Shown here one piece after another: positions 50,763 to 60,106 of a stretch of DNA of 64,000 nucleotides; position 1 is the stretch's first letter, and every line of letters begins with the position of its first letter. Under the pieces are notes generated by a model. The model was not told the DNA's origin. It saw nothing but the letters and a program-made list of their open reading frames with translations, and searched no databases. Source of the DNA: an uncultured Salinisphaerales bacterium (GTDB taxonomy: Bacteria; Pseudomonadota; Gammaproteobacteria; Nevskiales; Nevskiaceae); assembly GCA_964581385.1 (NCBI GenBank), contig CAZOOK010000002.1:1-64000 (forward strand), written 5' to 3'. The position numbers and the translations under genes were made by a program.

Positions 50763-52037
50763 TCAGCCGGCAGGGCTCTTCTGCTCCTTGTAGAAATAGC
50801 CGATCCGCTCCTGGAGCCCGAGGTATTCATACATCCGTTCTGGAACCTGTTTCGGTTTGAGCACCGCCTTCACCTGCAGGTCGGGACGCTCGCACAAGTT
50901 GACCATCAACGCTTCCTTCGGCGGAATGTCCGGGTTGTAGAGAATTACGAGCGGTCGCAACGACTGCGCGGCATCAACCGACACCACCATGCCGATATTG
51001 TCATCGGTAAGCTGTACGACCGTGCCCGGTGGATAGACCCCCATCGCCTTGATGAAAACAGCGATCAGGTCGCGATCGATCTTGCCCGCATAGGTCTTGA
51101 ACAAATGCGCCATCGCATCGCGCGGCGACATGGCGCGGGCCGGATCGACAGGATTGCACAGATTGTCGTAGATATTGGCGATCGCCACGATGCGCACCAG
51201 GGGCGACAGCACGTTGCCCTGCAATTTCTGTGGATAGCCGGAACCGTCCTCATACTCATGATGCTGGGCAATGATGGAGACAGCCGCGGGTGAAAGTGTG
51301 CCCAGCTTCTGTGCCAGCTTGGCGCCGTGTGTGGTGTGCGTGCGCAACAGCGCTTCCTCGCTCGCATTCAGCGGTTGGGTCTTGCTGGTGATCTGAGTGG
51401 GAATTTCGATCTTGCCAACGTCGTGGATCAATGCGCCCATGCCGAGCGAGCGCATATCCTCACCGCGCAATTTCAGCTGACGGCCGAGCATCATTGACAG
51501 CACCGCCACATTCAGCGAGTGACTGTACATCGTGAAGCTGGCGTCGCTCAGATTGACGAGATTGAGCAGGACGTCCGAGTCCTTATCAAAAACGGCGGCC
51601 ATCTCGTCGATGATTTCTCCCGCCGCGTGCATCGCATTTGCCGGTGCGCTGCGCAGATCGCGAGAAAAAGCGGTGATCTTTCTGACAGTCTCTTTGTAGC
51701 GGGTCGCCGCCTGCTGACGCTCGTTGCGATAGCCGGACGCGCGCTCTACCAGCTCTTCCTTCCCGCTCCACAGCTCCTGTCGTACGCTCGCGTCCGCAAG
51801 CTCCTCGACAGCGGATACGGTAGCGGTGGTTTCCGCGACCGAATCACTGCGGCTTGGCAGCACAGTGACTTCAGTCAATCCCATCTTGCGTATTGCAGCA
51901 ATTTCCGCTTGCGACGTGATCTTGAAGCGCGAGAACAGAAACGGATGATCTCTCCATGAGCATTCGAGGTCGACAAAGTGGCCGACGCGCAATTCGGAAA
52001 CGCTAATCTTGATGTTCTGTACTTCTTTTTCGCTCAT
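50763..52037 (-). CDS. DUF3391-HD-GYP domain c-di-GMP phosphodiesterase
   Basis: 424 aa. N-terminal DUF3391-like (ISVSELRVGHFVDLECSWRDHPFLF). HD motif (ALIHDVGKIEIP) and GYP (HHEYEDGSGYPQ). Confidence 0.8.
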   Translation of the reverse strand: MSEKEVQNIKISVSELRVGHFVDLECSWRDHPFLFSRFKITSQAEIAAIRKMGLTEVTVLPSRSDSVAETTATVSAVEELADASVRQELWSGKEELVERASGYRNERQQAATRYKETVRKITAFSRDLRSAPANAMHAAGEIIDEMAAVFDKDSDVLLNLVNLSDASFTMYSHSLNVAVLSMMLGRQLKLRGEDMRSLGMGALIHDVGKIEIPTQITSKTQPLNASEEALLRTHTTHGAKLAQKLGTLSPAAVSIIAQHHEYEDGSGYPQKLQGNVLSPLVRIVAIANIYDNLCNPVDPARAMSPRDAMAHLFKTYAGKIDRDLIAVFIKAMGVYPPGTVVQLTDDNIGMVVSVDAAQSLRPLVILYNPDIPPKEALMVNLCERPDLQVKAVLKPKQVPERMYEYLGLQERIGYFYKEQKSPAG

Positions 52038-52309
52038 GGCCCCGATCGGTTTCCAGTATCACTTCTTCTGTACTTGTCCGGAGATGAGCATATCGACGTG
52101 ATCGGGCAAAGGGCAAACCAATATCTCGCCGCCTAATATCTGCCGTTTCCACAGTAGGCGAGCCGGAAGCCGGACGTTGTTTGCCGTGGAGGCAGCTTCG
52201 CGCTTGCGAAGCTCTTCAGCGCGCGAGCAATTGCTGTAAGAAAGCCCTGCGGGACCGAGCGGCAAGCGGTGAAGGCTTGCCGCAGGTCCTCGCCGCCCGT
52301 CGCGACGAA

Positions 52310-53950
52310 TCAGATGATTGTTCCGATGTCGTTCTGTACGATCTGGTCGAGCGCTCGTTCGACGACCGCGGCAATCGTCATCGACGGGTTACACGCACAG
52401 GTGGTCCCCGGCATCAGCGCTCCGTCGAGGACGTAGAGACCCCGCTGCTCCTTGACCCGTCCCTCCAGGTCGCAGACCACGTCGATGCACGCGCCGCCAA
52501 GGGAGTGCCAGGTTGTGTTGACGACGTTGTTCGTGTTGATCAGCTTGCTGCCACTGCCCGCGACCGTAGCGATGCGCTCGTGAATGCGTCCGGCGAGCGT
52601 GGCGTCGCCGCCTGACGGCCACTCCAGTTCGACCCGATCCGTTCGCGAGTGATAGACGAACTCGCCGCGACCGCTGCTGATTCCGTAGCCGACCAGCATC
52701 GTGGAATGCGTTTTCGAAGCCGAGCTCGTCAGCTGGTTTGCGTCGGGAAACAACGCGGAAGGCAGCGCGCTGCCGCTCAAGAGCTTGGCAGACGGCGGTA
52801 GCGACGCCTGAATGATTGTATTCGCGGGCTGGTTCGGGTCATTCCACTCGAAGCTGCCGTAGACGACAGGGCCGCCTTGCGGGGCGCCCGGATCCTCGGG
52901 CATTTTCGTCCAGACGTAGATCTGATCGCCGTTGGTCCCGTATCCCTGTCCGAGTGCGTCAGGCAGACCGGTAATCTTTCCGCGGGCGGAAGCGTGCACG
53001 AGCAGCTTAGATGTGTTCACCGTTCCGGCAGAAAGTATGAGTGCTGTGGTGGTGATGATCTTGCGCTCGAGCACCGTGCCGGTCTCATCGGTCACGTCGA
53101 CGTGTACCGTCCAGGCGCCATTGGCGGCGCGGGCGATGTCGGTGACGTTGTGCTGCGCCGCGACGGTGACATTGCCGGTGGCGAGCGCCTGGGCGATGTA
53201 GGTCACATCGACGGAGTGCTTGCCGCCGTTGTTGACCCCGAGTGCACAATCACCGTTCGTGTAGGAGGGCTTCATATCTCCATTCAACTCAGCGAGCGCG
53301 TACGTCCAGTCGATCGGCATCGGTATCTTGGAGAGCTCGTAGCCGGCAGACTGAACATTCGCGGCGAATATTCGCGACGCCAGATACGTCGGACTGTTGA
53401 TCAGCTCATCGGGTGCCGTCTCGATCTGCAGCATCTGCGCTACGCGCGGGTAGTAGACGGAGTTCATCTGCGCATAGTCGATGCCCGCCGGAAACCACGT
53501 GCTGAAGAGTTCCTCCGAGGGCTGTAGCGTCATTCCCTGGTAGACGAGCGAGCCGCCGCCGACTCCGGCAGCGACAATCGCGGTCAGGTTCTTGCCAAAC
53601 ACCGGCTCGAGCAAGCCCACATAGGGATTGGCGCCGAGGCGCCGGCCGTTTATCTCGGGGTGGATGGAGTAGAAAAGATCACGCTTGTCTGGGATCGAAG
53701 CGTGCGGAAAGGTCTCGGCGTTCGGCCCTGTCGGCCACCATTTCCCGCGTTCCAGCACCAACACCGGCACGCCCGCCTGAGCGAGCCGCAGTGCGGCGAC
53801 ACCACCTCCAAAGCCCGACCCGATCACCACCACGCGCTGCTGCGAGCGCGTCACTGGAATGCGGCGGGCGAAGGCGGCGCCCGGAATTGCAGTGCTTGCA
53901 GCAGCAGCGACAGCGCCGCCCAAAAAACTGCGTCGAGTGAATCCGCGCAT
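52310..53950 (-). CDS. Tat-secreted GMC-family oxidoreductase (cholesterol/choline oxidase-like)
   Basis: 546 aa. Twin-arginine signal (TRRSFLGGAVAAAAS). FAD GxGxxG (VIGSGFGGGVAALRLA). GMC C-terminal region. Confidence 0.8.
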   Translation of the reverse strand: MRGFTRRSFLGGAVAAAASTAIPGAAFARRIPVTRSQQRVVVIGSGFGGGVAALRLAQAGVPVLVLERGKWWPTGPNAETFPHASIPDKRDLFYSIHPEINGRRLGANPYVGLLEPVFGKNLTAIVAAGVGGGSLVYQGMTLQPSEELFSTWFPAGIDYAQMNSVYYPRVAQMLQIETAPDELINSPTYLASRIFAANVQSAGYELSKIPMPIDWTYALAELNGDMKPSYTNGDCALGVNNGGKHSVDVTYIAQALATGNVTVAAQHNVTDIARAANGAWTVHVDVTDETGTVLERKIITTTALILSAGTVNTSKLLVHASARGKITGLPDALGQGYGTNGDQIYVWTKMPEDPGAPQGGPVVYGSFEWNDPNQPANTIIQASLPPSAKLLSGSALPSALFPDANQLTSSASKTHSTMLVGYGISSGRGEFVYHSRTDRVELEWPSGGDATLAGRIHERIATVAGSGSKLINTNNVVNTTWHSLGGACIDVVCDLEGRVKEQRGLYVLDGALMPGTTCACNPSMTIAAVVERALDQIVQNDIGTII

Positions 53951-54335
53951 CGGTACTCCCCCAATCTATAAATTATGTGCAGATGCAACAGTCAGGGCCG
54001 CGCGGCTCACTGACAGTGAAATAGTCAGAGCCACACAGCTCGTCGACGGGGCATTTGCGCCTTATTTTGATTGAGGCCTAACGGTAGACCGGGCGCTTCC
54101 AAGGAATATGTTGTTTCAAATTTGGCCGGGAATATATACAACTAAGATCGTAGTGTGGCTACTGACATCGCCTTGTGCTGTGTGACTGATTTTGTTGGCT
54201 TAATTTAACTCCGCTTCGTGCAGAAGGCACCATATAGGTATTCATGACCGATGCCGGAAAGCTGCTCGTCGATGCAACAGGCTTGGCCAAATGCAGGCCA
54301 GACCGACATCGGCGGAATACGTGGGAGCGTCCGCG

Positions 54336-54370
54336 GAAGGCGGATCATCGATCCGCCCTACACGAGCTGA
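54336..54370 (+). repeat. 35-bp direct repeat, copy 1 (GAAGGCGGATCATCGATCCGCCCTACACGAGCTGA)
   Basis: 33 of 35 positions identical to 55860-55893. Contains an internal 8-bp inverted repeat (GGCGGATC/GATCCGCC) and the recurring 13-mer GCGGATCATCGAT. Confidence 0.75.
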
Positions 54371-54392
54371 CCATTGATGCAAAGAGTATGCT

Positions 54393-55859
54393 GTGATATC
54401 AAAATCGCGATTGCTATTACGCGATCGATCGAAAGAAAAAACAGAATCTGGGGGAGTGGTCGTGGATACAACTCATCTTTTCAAGCGTACGTCGATTGCG
54501 GCCGTCCTCGGATTTTCTTATTCGGCAATCCCCGCCATTGCAGTGGCTGCGCCGCAGGTCGGTCCGCTGTTTACAATCGAAAACTCTGTATTTCATCACC
54601 AGAGCGGTTACCCCCAATTCCCGACTCTGGGCGTTGCGCGCGGTGCGAATGGACCATTCGTCGTGTACTGGCGGGAAGAGGACGGCACGACACCGTACAA
54701 CGGGCCCAATATTGAGCTCGCCGCACAAACTTTCACGGCCGATGCCGCCCCGGCAAGCCCCGTATTCCAGATCGGCAAGAATGCATACGGTGCCGGCGTG
54801 GCCATGGATAGCGATGGCGATGTCGTAGCCGCGTGGTTCCAGCCCAATATCCCGTACGCAAACAGCGATTTCGGTTATGTCCTGAGCGCGGTCAGCGGCA
54901 AGCTGGTTGCCCAGCGCTACACGCCGGACGGCACGCTGCAGGGAAACCAGATCACGGTGGCCGGGATGGCGTCGTCAAAGGCGAACTGGTACGGCATGCG
55001 ATCACTTCAGGTGGCTGCAGACGATGATGGTGATTTCAGGCTTGCTTGGACAACGGCTAACTATGTAGCAGTTCCCGCGGGTGGCAACCTCTATAATCTT
55101 CATTTTGACGCTTTTGAAGCGAGCGCGACCTATCTGAAAGCCTATGACAACAAGGGCAGGTTGAAACAGGCTGCGCGCCGTATCGACGGAACCCCGGTGC
55201 GGTTCACCTTCGATTTCGATGGTATTTTCAACCTCGACGTTATGCAGGACTTCGCGGCGAATGGCAAAGGCGATTCCGTCGCGGTTTTCGACGGCGAACG
55301 CAACGGCGTCGGGCTCGGTGGACGGGTACAGCGCTTCAACTCTGCTTCGCGCGCCATCACGCGTCAGATCGCGCTGCCGGCTCAAACCCCCTTTGCTCCC
55401 GGTTACATCCCGCCCCCGTATAGCGTGGGCATCGACGCATCCGGCAATTTTGCCGTGGGTTACAGCGTGGACGATGGCTTTCATTTGGCCCTCTACTCGG
55501 CCAATGGTGCTCTCCGGGGTACGATTGGGCCGATCATCGCGCGCTACAACAGAAACCTCGATCTGGCGATGCTGCCGTCTGGGGATTTCGTGGTCTCTTG
55601 GGGCCAGGGTGTGGAGCTTCCAAATTTCTTCGGCGACGGTTCCAGCGTAGAGTCCTGCGCGCAATACGCCCAGTATTTTCACAGTGACGGTACGGCCAAC
55701 GGCCCCGCTGTCGTCGTCGATGACGGTACCGGCAGCGTGAACGAGTGCACGAGCACGGCTGCCGCTATCGACGCCACCGGCAATCTCGTCATGGTATGGC
55801 AAGGTGAGCGCGCGGATAAATCGACGTTCATCGGCGGCCACCTGGTGACAGCGCCCTGA
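54393..55859 (+). CDS. Secreted protein with about 7 degenerate beta-propeller-like repeats (D-x-x-G-x-[FL]-x-[VL]-x-W), hypothetical
   Basis: 488 aa. Signal peptide (AAVLGFSYSAIPAIAVAAPQ); the true start may be the GTG near 54453. Repeats DSDGDVVAAW, DDDGDFRLAW, DASGNFAVGY, PSGDFVVSWGQG, DATGNLVMVWQGE. Its stop codon lies inside direct repeat copy 2. Confidence 0.5.
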   Translation: MISKSRLLLRDRSKEKTESGGVVVDTTHLFKRTSIAAVLGFSYSAIPAIAVAAPQVGPLFTIENSVFHHQSGYPQFPTLGVARGANGPFVVYWREEDGTTPYNGPNIELAAQTFTADAAPASPVFQIGKNAYGAGVAMDSDGDVVAAWFQPNIPYANSDFGYVLSAVSGKLVAQRYTPDGTLQGNQITVAGMASSKANWYGMRSLQVAADDDGDFRLAWTTANYVAVPAGGNLYNLHFDAFEASATYLKAYDNKGRLKQAARRIDGTPVRFTFDFDGIFNLDVMQDFAANGKGDSVAVFDGERNGVGLGGRVQRFNSASRAITRQIALPAQTPFAPGYIPPPYSVGIDASGNFAVGYSVDDGFHLALYSANGALRGTIGPIIARYNRNLDLAMLPSGDFVVSWGQGVELPNFFGDGSSVESCAQYAQYFHSDGTANGPAVVVDDGTGSVNECTSTAAAIDATGNLVMVWQGERADKSTFIGGHLVTAP

Positions 55860-55893
55860 AGGCGGATCATCGATCCGGCCCACACGAGCTAAC
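55860..55893 (+). repeat. 35-bp direct repeat, copy 2 (GAAGGCGGATCATCGATCCGGCCCACACGAGCTA)
   Basis: Pairs with 54336-54370. Lies between the beta-propeller gene and the OLD nuclease gene. Confidence 0.75.
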
Positions 55894-55933
55894 GTCGAGT
55901 CTGACCCTAAGCCTACTCGAAGCGCACAAACAT

Positions 55934-58021
55934 TCAAATGAGAATTTGCTTTATAACGGTCTCCATTCCGCTCGGTCGGTAGCCGTCATCCTTCATTCGC
56001 GAAAGAACAAGATTTCGAAATACTTCGTAAGAAACTTGGCTTGCGTGCTTCCCTGTAAACCGTCGAAGGACATCTCGCCCCCTAAATGTGTTGGTCCACG
56101 TCCCGTCGGCCAAGCTCTTGACGTACTTTTCGCGAGCTTTGGTCTCGACATCCATAAGTGCTTTCTTTGTGAGTTTTTTCTTGTGAATATTTTGTAATTT
56201 AGATAGCGAACGTTTCACAGCTTCTGACAGCAGCAGGGACAAATCGCTCCCCTTTGGATTTGTCCCAGTATCTATCGCACCCACCAATAGATCGTTAGCA
56301 AAGACCGAAAGTTCATGCCGAAGTAGTTGTGGAAGTGATTCAGTTGCACACTGCCGCAACTCGTCCCAGAGCAATTCATCAGTCTTGAACTTTTTTTGAC
56401 CCAAAGATGAGATGACTCCTTGAATGTATTTCGGAACCAAGAGATAGTTTTCAATGTGGTATACGTCCCAATTAAAGCTGTTCACCGATGACGTCGTCGG
56501 AACGGGCCCCGAGTCTCTATCCGTTATAGAGTAAAATGTAAACGGAAGCTGGCCCTTCTTTTCTGCTCGTTCGAGCGTCTCGTGAAGAGCGCGAACCCTG
56601 ACTTTATTGCTGCCGGAAATTAGGTTGGCTTGCTGTTGCAATTCGGGGAACAGCGTAGCTGTCATTTTTTGATCGAAGTCGGAGTCGCCACCACCCTCGA
56701 AAATAATGACTTTACCTCCTGGCCGATAAGCGGCCAGATCACCGACTAGATCGACGAGCGCGAGTTCGAGATCGGCCGTTACAGCGAGTGGCTTCAGCTG
56801 CCCCTCGCCTTTGGGGACATTTCCACATGGAAGCATGTGAAAAACGTTATAGTTCTCACGACCAACGACTTCGCGTAGTAGCGCATCTGAGTGAGTCACG
56901 AGCCAGATTTGGTTGCCGAGTGCTTCTCCGAGGTTTTTCTTGTAGAACTCAGGCAACCCTCGAATTAGTCGCGGATTGAGATGCAATTCTGGTTCGTCGA
57001 GAAGAATAATCGAATGCTTCGGAGCCGAGTTCCGGATTCGAAGGTACCCATAGAGAATCTCCTTTTCCCCAGCGCTCAAATCGTCGAGATCGTGCTGAGT
57101 ACCCGCTTGTGTGATAACCGGGAACGCAAGGCGACCATCTTTGGTCGGCTGCGGGCCCAAAAAGGTCTTTTCTGGAAAAAAGGTTCCAAAGAGCTCTTTC
57201 AAAGTGTTCGTTAATGATAATTGAGTGCTTCTTGGCACGCCCGCCTGCTCCGCCAAAATCTCCTTAACATATGATGCCGCCATCTCTCCTTTGACATTTG
57301 TGTACTTGTTCGCAAAGTTATAAAGCGCATGCTGACTACGCTGTTGCTCAGCAGCGTCGAGGTTTAGGTTTATCCCCTGCACGTTCTCACGGCCGTAGTG
57401 GCGCTGCGCCCCGTGGTAGTCGATTACCCCAATTTCTGTGGGCCTATAGGTACTGAAAATAATTGATAGCGCATGTGAAATGGAGAATCTTGGGAAATCT
57501 CCGGGCTTGATAGCAAACGTTGCGGTAAGTAGTGGGGCCGCCAATTCACTCATCAGTGGTCCGTGCTCGGCCTCGGCACGCTGAGCAACCTCTGGCTCGC
57601 GATCGCGGAACTGAGCCGCGAACATTGCCATTCTATATCCGCCCCAGCCATAGGCTTCTGGAAGAATCGCCCTCCAGATCTTTTCGCGCAGCAGTTCGTC
57701 AGCGTGAGCTTGAATAAATGCTCGCTCTTCGGCGGCCAAACGAAAGTCGCAACTGATGATCAAGTCTCTCGATGAGTCATTCAGAATGGAAGCAAAGTCG
57801 CTCGATCGACTTGTAAGATTGATTTGGAACTCGCCCATCCATTGTTGCCACTCATTGGCTTGGTATCCGCCGTAGACGGACTTCAGAAGACGAATTGCAT
57901 CAAATAGACACGACTTTCCGGAGCCATTCTGTCCGGCGATGATCACCATCGTTCCGAGGTTGGTAAGCGCGACGTCCTTTATACCGCGGAAGTTGGATAT
58001 TCGAAGGGATTCGACTTTCAT
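55934..58021 (-). CDS. Class 1 OLD-family nuclease (N-terminal ABC ATPase + C-terminal TOPRIM), single-gene anti-phage-type system
   Basis: About 695 aa from the ATG at 58021 (MKVESLRISNFRGI). Walker A GQNGSGKS. D-loop/Walker B ILLDEPELHLNP. C-terminal TOPRIM-like VIIFEGGGDSD (Glu) and FYSITDRDSG (DxD). Gene GC is about 50% against about 65% for the neighbours. Confidence 0.65.
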   Translation of the reverse strand: MKVESLRISNFRGIKDVALTNLGTMVIIAGQNGSGKSCLFDAIRLLKSVYGGYQANEWQQWMGEFQINLTSRSSDFASILNDSSRDLIISCDFRLAAEERAFIQAHADELLREKIWRAILPEAYGWGGYRMAMFAAQFRDREPEVAQRAEAEHGPLMSELAAPLLTATFAIKPGDFPRFSISHALSIIFSTYRPTEIGVIDYHGAQRHYGRENVQGINLNLDAAEQQRSQHALYNFANKYTNVKGEMAASYVKEILAEQAGVPRSTQLSLTNTLKELFGTFFPEKTFLGPQPTKDGRLAFPVITQAGTQHDLDDLSAGEKEILYGYLRIRNSAPKHSIILLDEPELHLNPRLIRGLPEFYKKNLGEALGNQIWLVTHSDALLREVVGRENYNVFHMLPCGNVPKGEGQLKPLAVTADLELALVDLVGDLAAYRPGGKVIIFEGGGDSDFDQKMTATLFPELQQQANLISGSNKVRVRALHETLERAEKKGQLPFTFYSITDRDSGPVPTTSSVNSFNWDVYHIENYLLVPKYIQGVISSLGQKKFKTDELLWDELRQCATESLPQLLRHELSVFANDLLVGAIDTGTNPKGSDLSLLLSEAVKRSLSKLQNIHKKKLTKKALMDVETKAREKYVKSLADGTWTNTFRGRDVLRRFTGKHASQVSYEVFRNLVLSRMKDDGYRPSGMETVIKQILI

Positions 58022-58047
58022 ATTAGCTGCCAATTAGCGGTAAGAGC

Positions 58048-58140
58048 GCGCGCAGCGAGCGTAGGGTGGGCTAAGGCCGAAGGCTGTGCCCACGCGGGTC
58101 CAAACGGTGGGCACGCTGCGCTTTGCCCCCCTACGCGCTG
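58048..58140 (-). terminator. Nested GC-rich stem-loops downstream of glmS (probable terminator / REP-like structure)
   Basis: Outer IR CAGCGAGCGTAGGGTGGGC ... GCCCCCCTACGCGCTG. Inner IR GTGCCCAC ... GTGGGCAC. Begins about 35 nt 3' of the glmS stop. Confidence 0.45.
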
Positions 58141-58174
58141 ATGTAATCACGCCGGCCCATAGATCAATAGAGAG

Positions 58175-60013
58175 TTACTCCACCGTCACCGACTTCGCCA
58201 AATTACGCGGCTGATCCACGTCCGTACCTTTGAGCACGGCGACGTGATATGCCAGCAATTGCAGCGGCACGGTGTAAACCAGCGGCGCCTGCAAGGGTTC
58301 GATGTGTTCCGGCATCACCATGACATCCACACCTTCGCTCGGCGTGAAGCCGGTATCCGGATCGGCGAAGACGAACAGTTGTCCGCCACGCGCGCGGACT
58401 TCTTGTAGATTGGATTTGAGTTTTTCCAGTAGCGCGTTGTTGGGTGCGACGGCGATGACGGGCATGTCGTCATCGACGAGTGCGAGCGGGCCGTGCTTGA
58501 GTTCGCCGGCGGGATAGGCTTCGGCGTGGATGTAGGAAATTTCCTTGAGCTTGAGCGCGCCTTCGAGCGCGACTGGATAGGTAGGACCGCGGCCGAGGAA
58601 TAGAGCGTGGCGCTTGCCGGCAATGCGTGCAGCCCAGGCACGAATCTGTTTATCCAGATGCAGCACGTTCTCGACCTGGGCGGGCAGGTGCATCAGCTGG
58701 CGCGAGTAGAGCGCAAGCATGCGGCGATCGAGCAGCTTGCGCGCCTGCGCGATGGCGAAGCCGAACATGGCGAGCGCGACGAGTTGCGTGGTGAAGGCCT
58801 TGGTGCTGGCGACGCCCACTTCCGGTCCGGCGCGCGTCATCAGCACGATGTCCGCTTCGCGCACGATGGACGATTCCGGCACGTTGCAGATGGCGGCGGT
58901 GGCGACGTAGCCGATTTTTTTCGCTTCGCGCAGTGCGGCCAGTGTATCGGCGGTTTCACCGGACTGGGAAATCGCGAGGAACAGTGTGCCCGGCAGCACC
59001 ACGGGATTGCGGTAGCGATATTCGCTGGCGACTTCGACGGTGCAAGGTACGCGTCCGCCCTGCTCGAAGTAATAACGGGCGACCAAGCCGGCGTGATAGC
59101 TGGTGCCACAGGCGACGATGTGGACTGCCTGTATCTTCGGCAGAATTCCTGGTGCGCGCGGACCCAACGCGGCTTCCAGCACATGATCGTGGACTAGGCG
59201 TTCCGACAGTGTGTCGCCGATTGCGCGCGGCTGCTCGTAAATTTCTTTGAGCATGTAGTGCGCATACTCGCCGCGCTCGACGGCGTCGGCTGAGAGTTGC
59301 GACTCGTGCACTTTGCGCTCGACGGTGCGGCCATCGGCATCGAAGATGGAAACGCCGTCGCGGCGGATTTCGGCGAGATCGCCTTCTTCGAGAAACTGGA
59401 AGCGGCGCGTCACCGGCAGCAGTGCCTGCACGTCGGAGGCGACGTAGTTCTCGCCGTTGCCGAGGCCAATCACGAGCGGACTGGCGATGCGCGCGACGAC
59501 GAGACGGTCCGGCGTCTGCGCGTCGATGACGACGATCGCATAGGCCCCTTCGAAACGACGCACCGCGCGGCGCACGGCTTCGGCGAGCGTCAGCTTCTGC
59601 TTGAGGAAATCGAGCACCAGATGCGCGATGACTTCCGTATCCGTTTCCGACTTGAACTCATATCCCTTCGCGCGCAGCTCGTCGCGCAGCGCTTCGTAGT
59701 TTTCGATGATGCCGTTGTGGATCACTGCAACACGGCCGCCGGAAACGTGCGGATGCGCGTTCTCCTCGGTGACGCCGCCGTGCGTAGCCCAGCGCGAGTG
59801 GGCAATGCCGATGAGGCCATTGCAGGGTTCGGATTGCAGCTTCGCTTCCAATACCTCGACTTTGCCGACCGCGCGGCACAGCCCGATGCGGCCATCGGCG
59901 CCGACGACGGCGACTCCGGTCGAATCGTAGCCGCGATAACGGAGACGGCGAAGGCCTTCGATGAGAATCGGGGTGATGTTATGTGGAGCGACTGCGCCGA
60001 CGATGCCGCACAT
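58175..60013 (-). CDS. glmS: Glutamine--fructose-6-phosphate aminotransferase
   Basis: 612 aa. N-terminal MCGIVGAV (Cys2 nucleophile), two SIS domains and the C-terminal ...KSVTVE. Confidence 0.95.
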   Translation of the reverse strand: MCGIVGAVAPHNITPILIEGLRRLRYRGYDSTGVAVVGADGRIGLCRAVGKVEVLEAKLQSEPCNGLIGIAHSRWATHGGVTEENAHPHVSGGRVAVIHNGIIENYEALRDELRAKGYEFKSETDTEVIAHLVLDFLKQKLTLAEAVRRAVRRFEGAYAIVVIDAQTPDRLVVARIASPLVIGLGNGENYVASDVQALLPVTRRFQFLEEGDLAEIRRDGVSIFDADGRTVERKVHESQLSADAVERGEYAHYMLKEIYEQPRAIGDTLSERLVHDHVLEAALGPRAPGILPKIQAVHIVACGTSYHAGLVARYYFEQGGRVPCTVEVASEYRYRNPVVLPGTLFLAISQSGETADTLAALREAKKIGYVATAAICNVPESSIVREADIVLMTRAGPEVGVASTKAFTTQLVALAMFGFAIAQARKLLDRRMLALYSRQLMHLPAQVENVLHLDKQIRAWAARIAGKRHALFLGRGPTYPVALEGALKLKEISYIHAEAYPAGELKHGPLALVDDDMPVIAVAPNNALLEKLKSNLQEVRARGGQLFVFADPDTGFTPSEGVDVMVMPEHIEPLQAPLVYTVPLQLLAYHVAVLKGTDVDQPRNLAKSVTVE

Positions 60014-60106
60014 GGAGAGCGTGTCCTGCCTTGAGGTCTAGGTAGCCTAGTTTCCGGCTTCTAGTTTGCAGTTTCTAGGGTCTGTTCCGGAACCGATCAA
60101 TGTAAA

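Noticed and set aside
58034-58174. Possible Tn7 right end adjacent to glmS
   Set aside because: GTGGGCAC resembles part of the Tn7 terminus only loosely. There are no 22-bp TnsB repeats and no tns genes anywhere in the window. Kept only as a hotspot observation.
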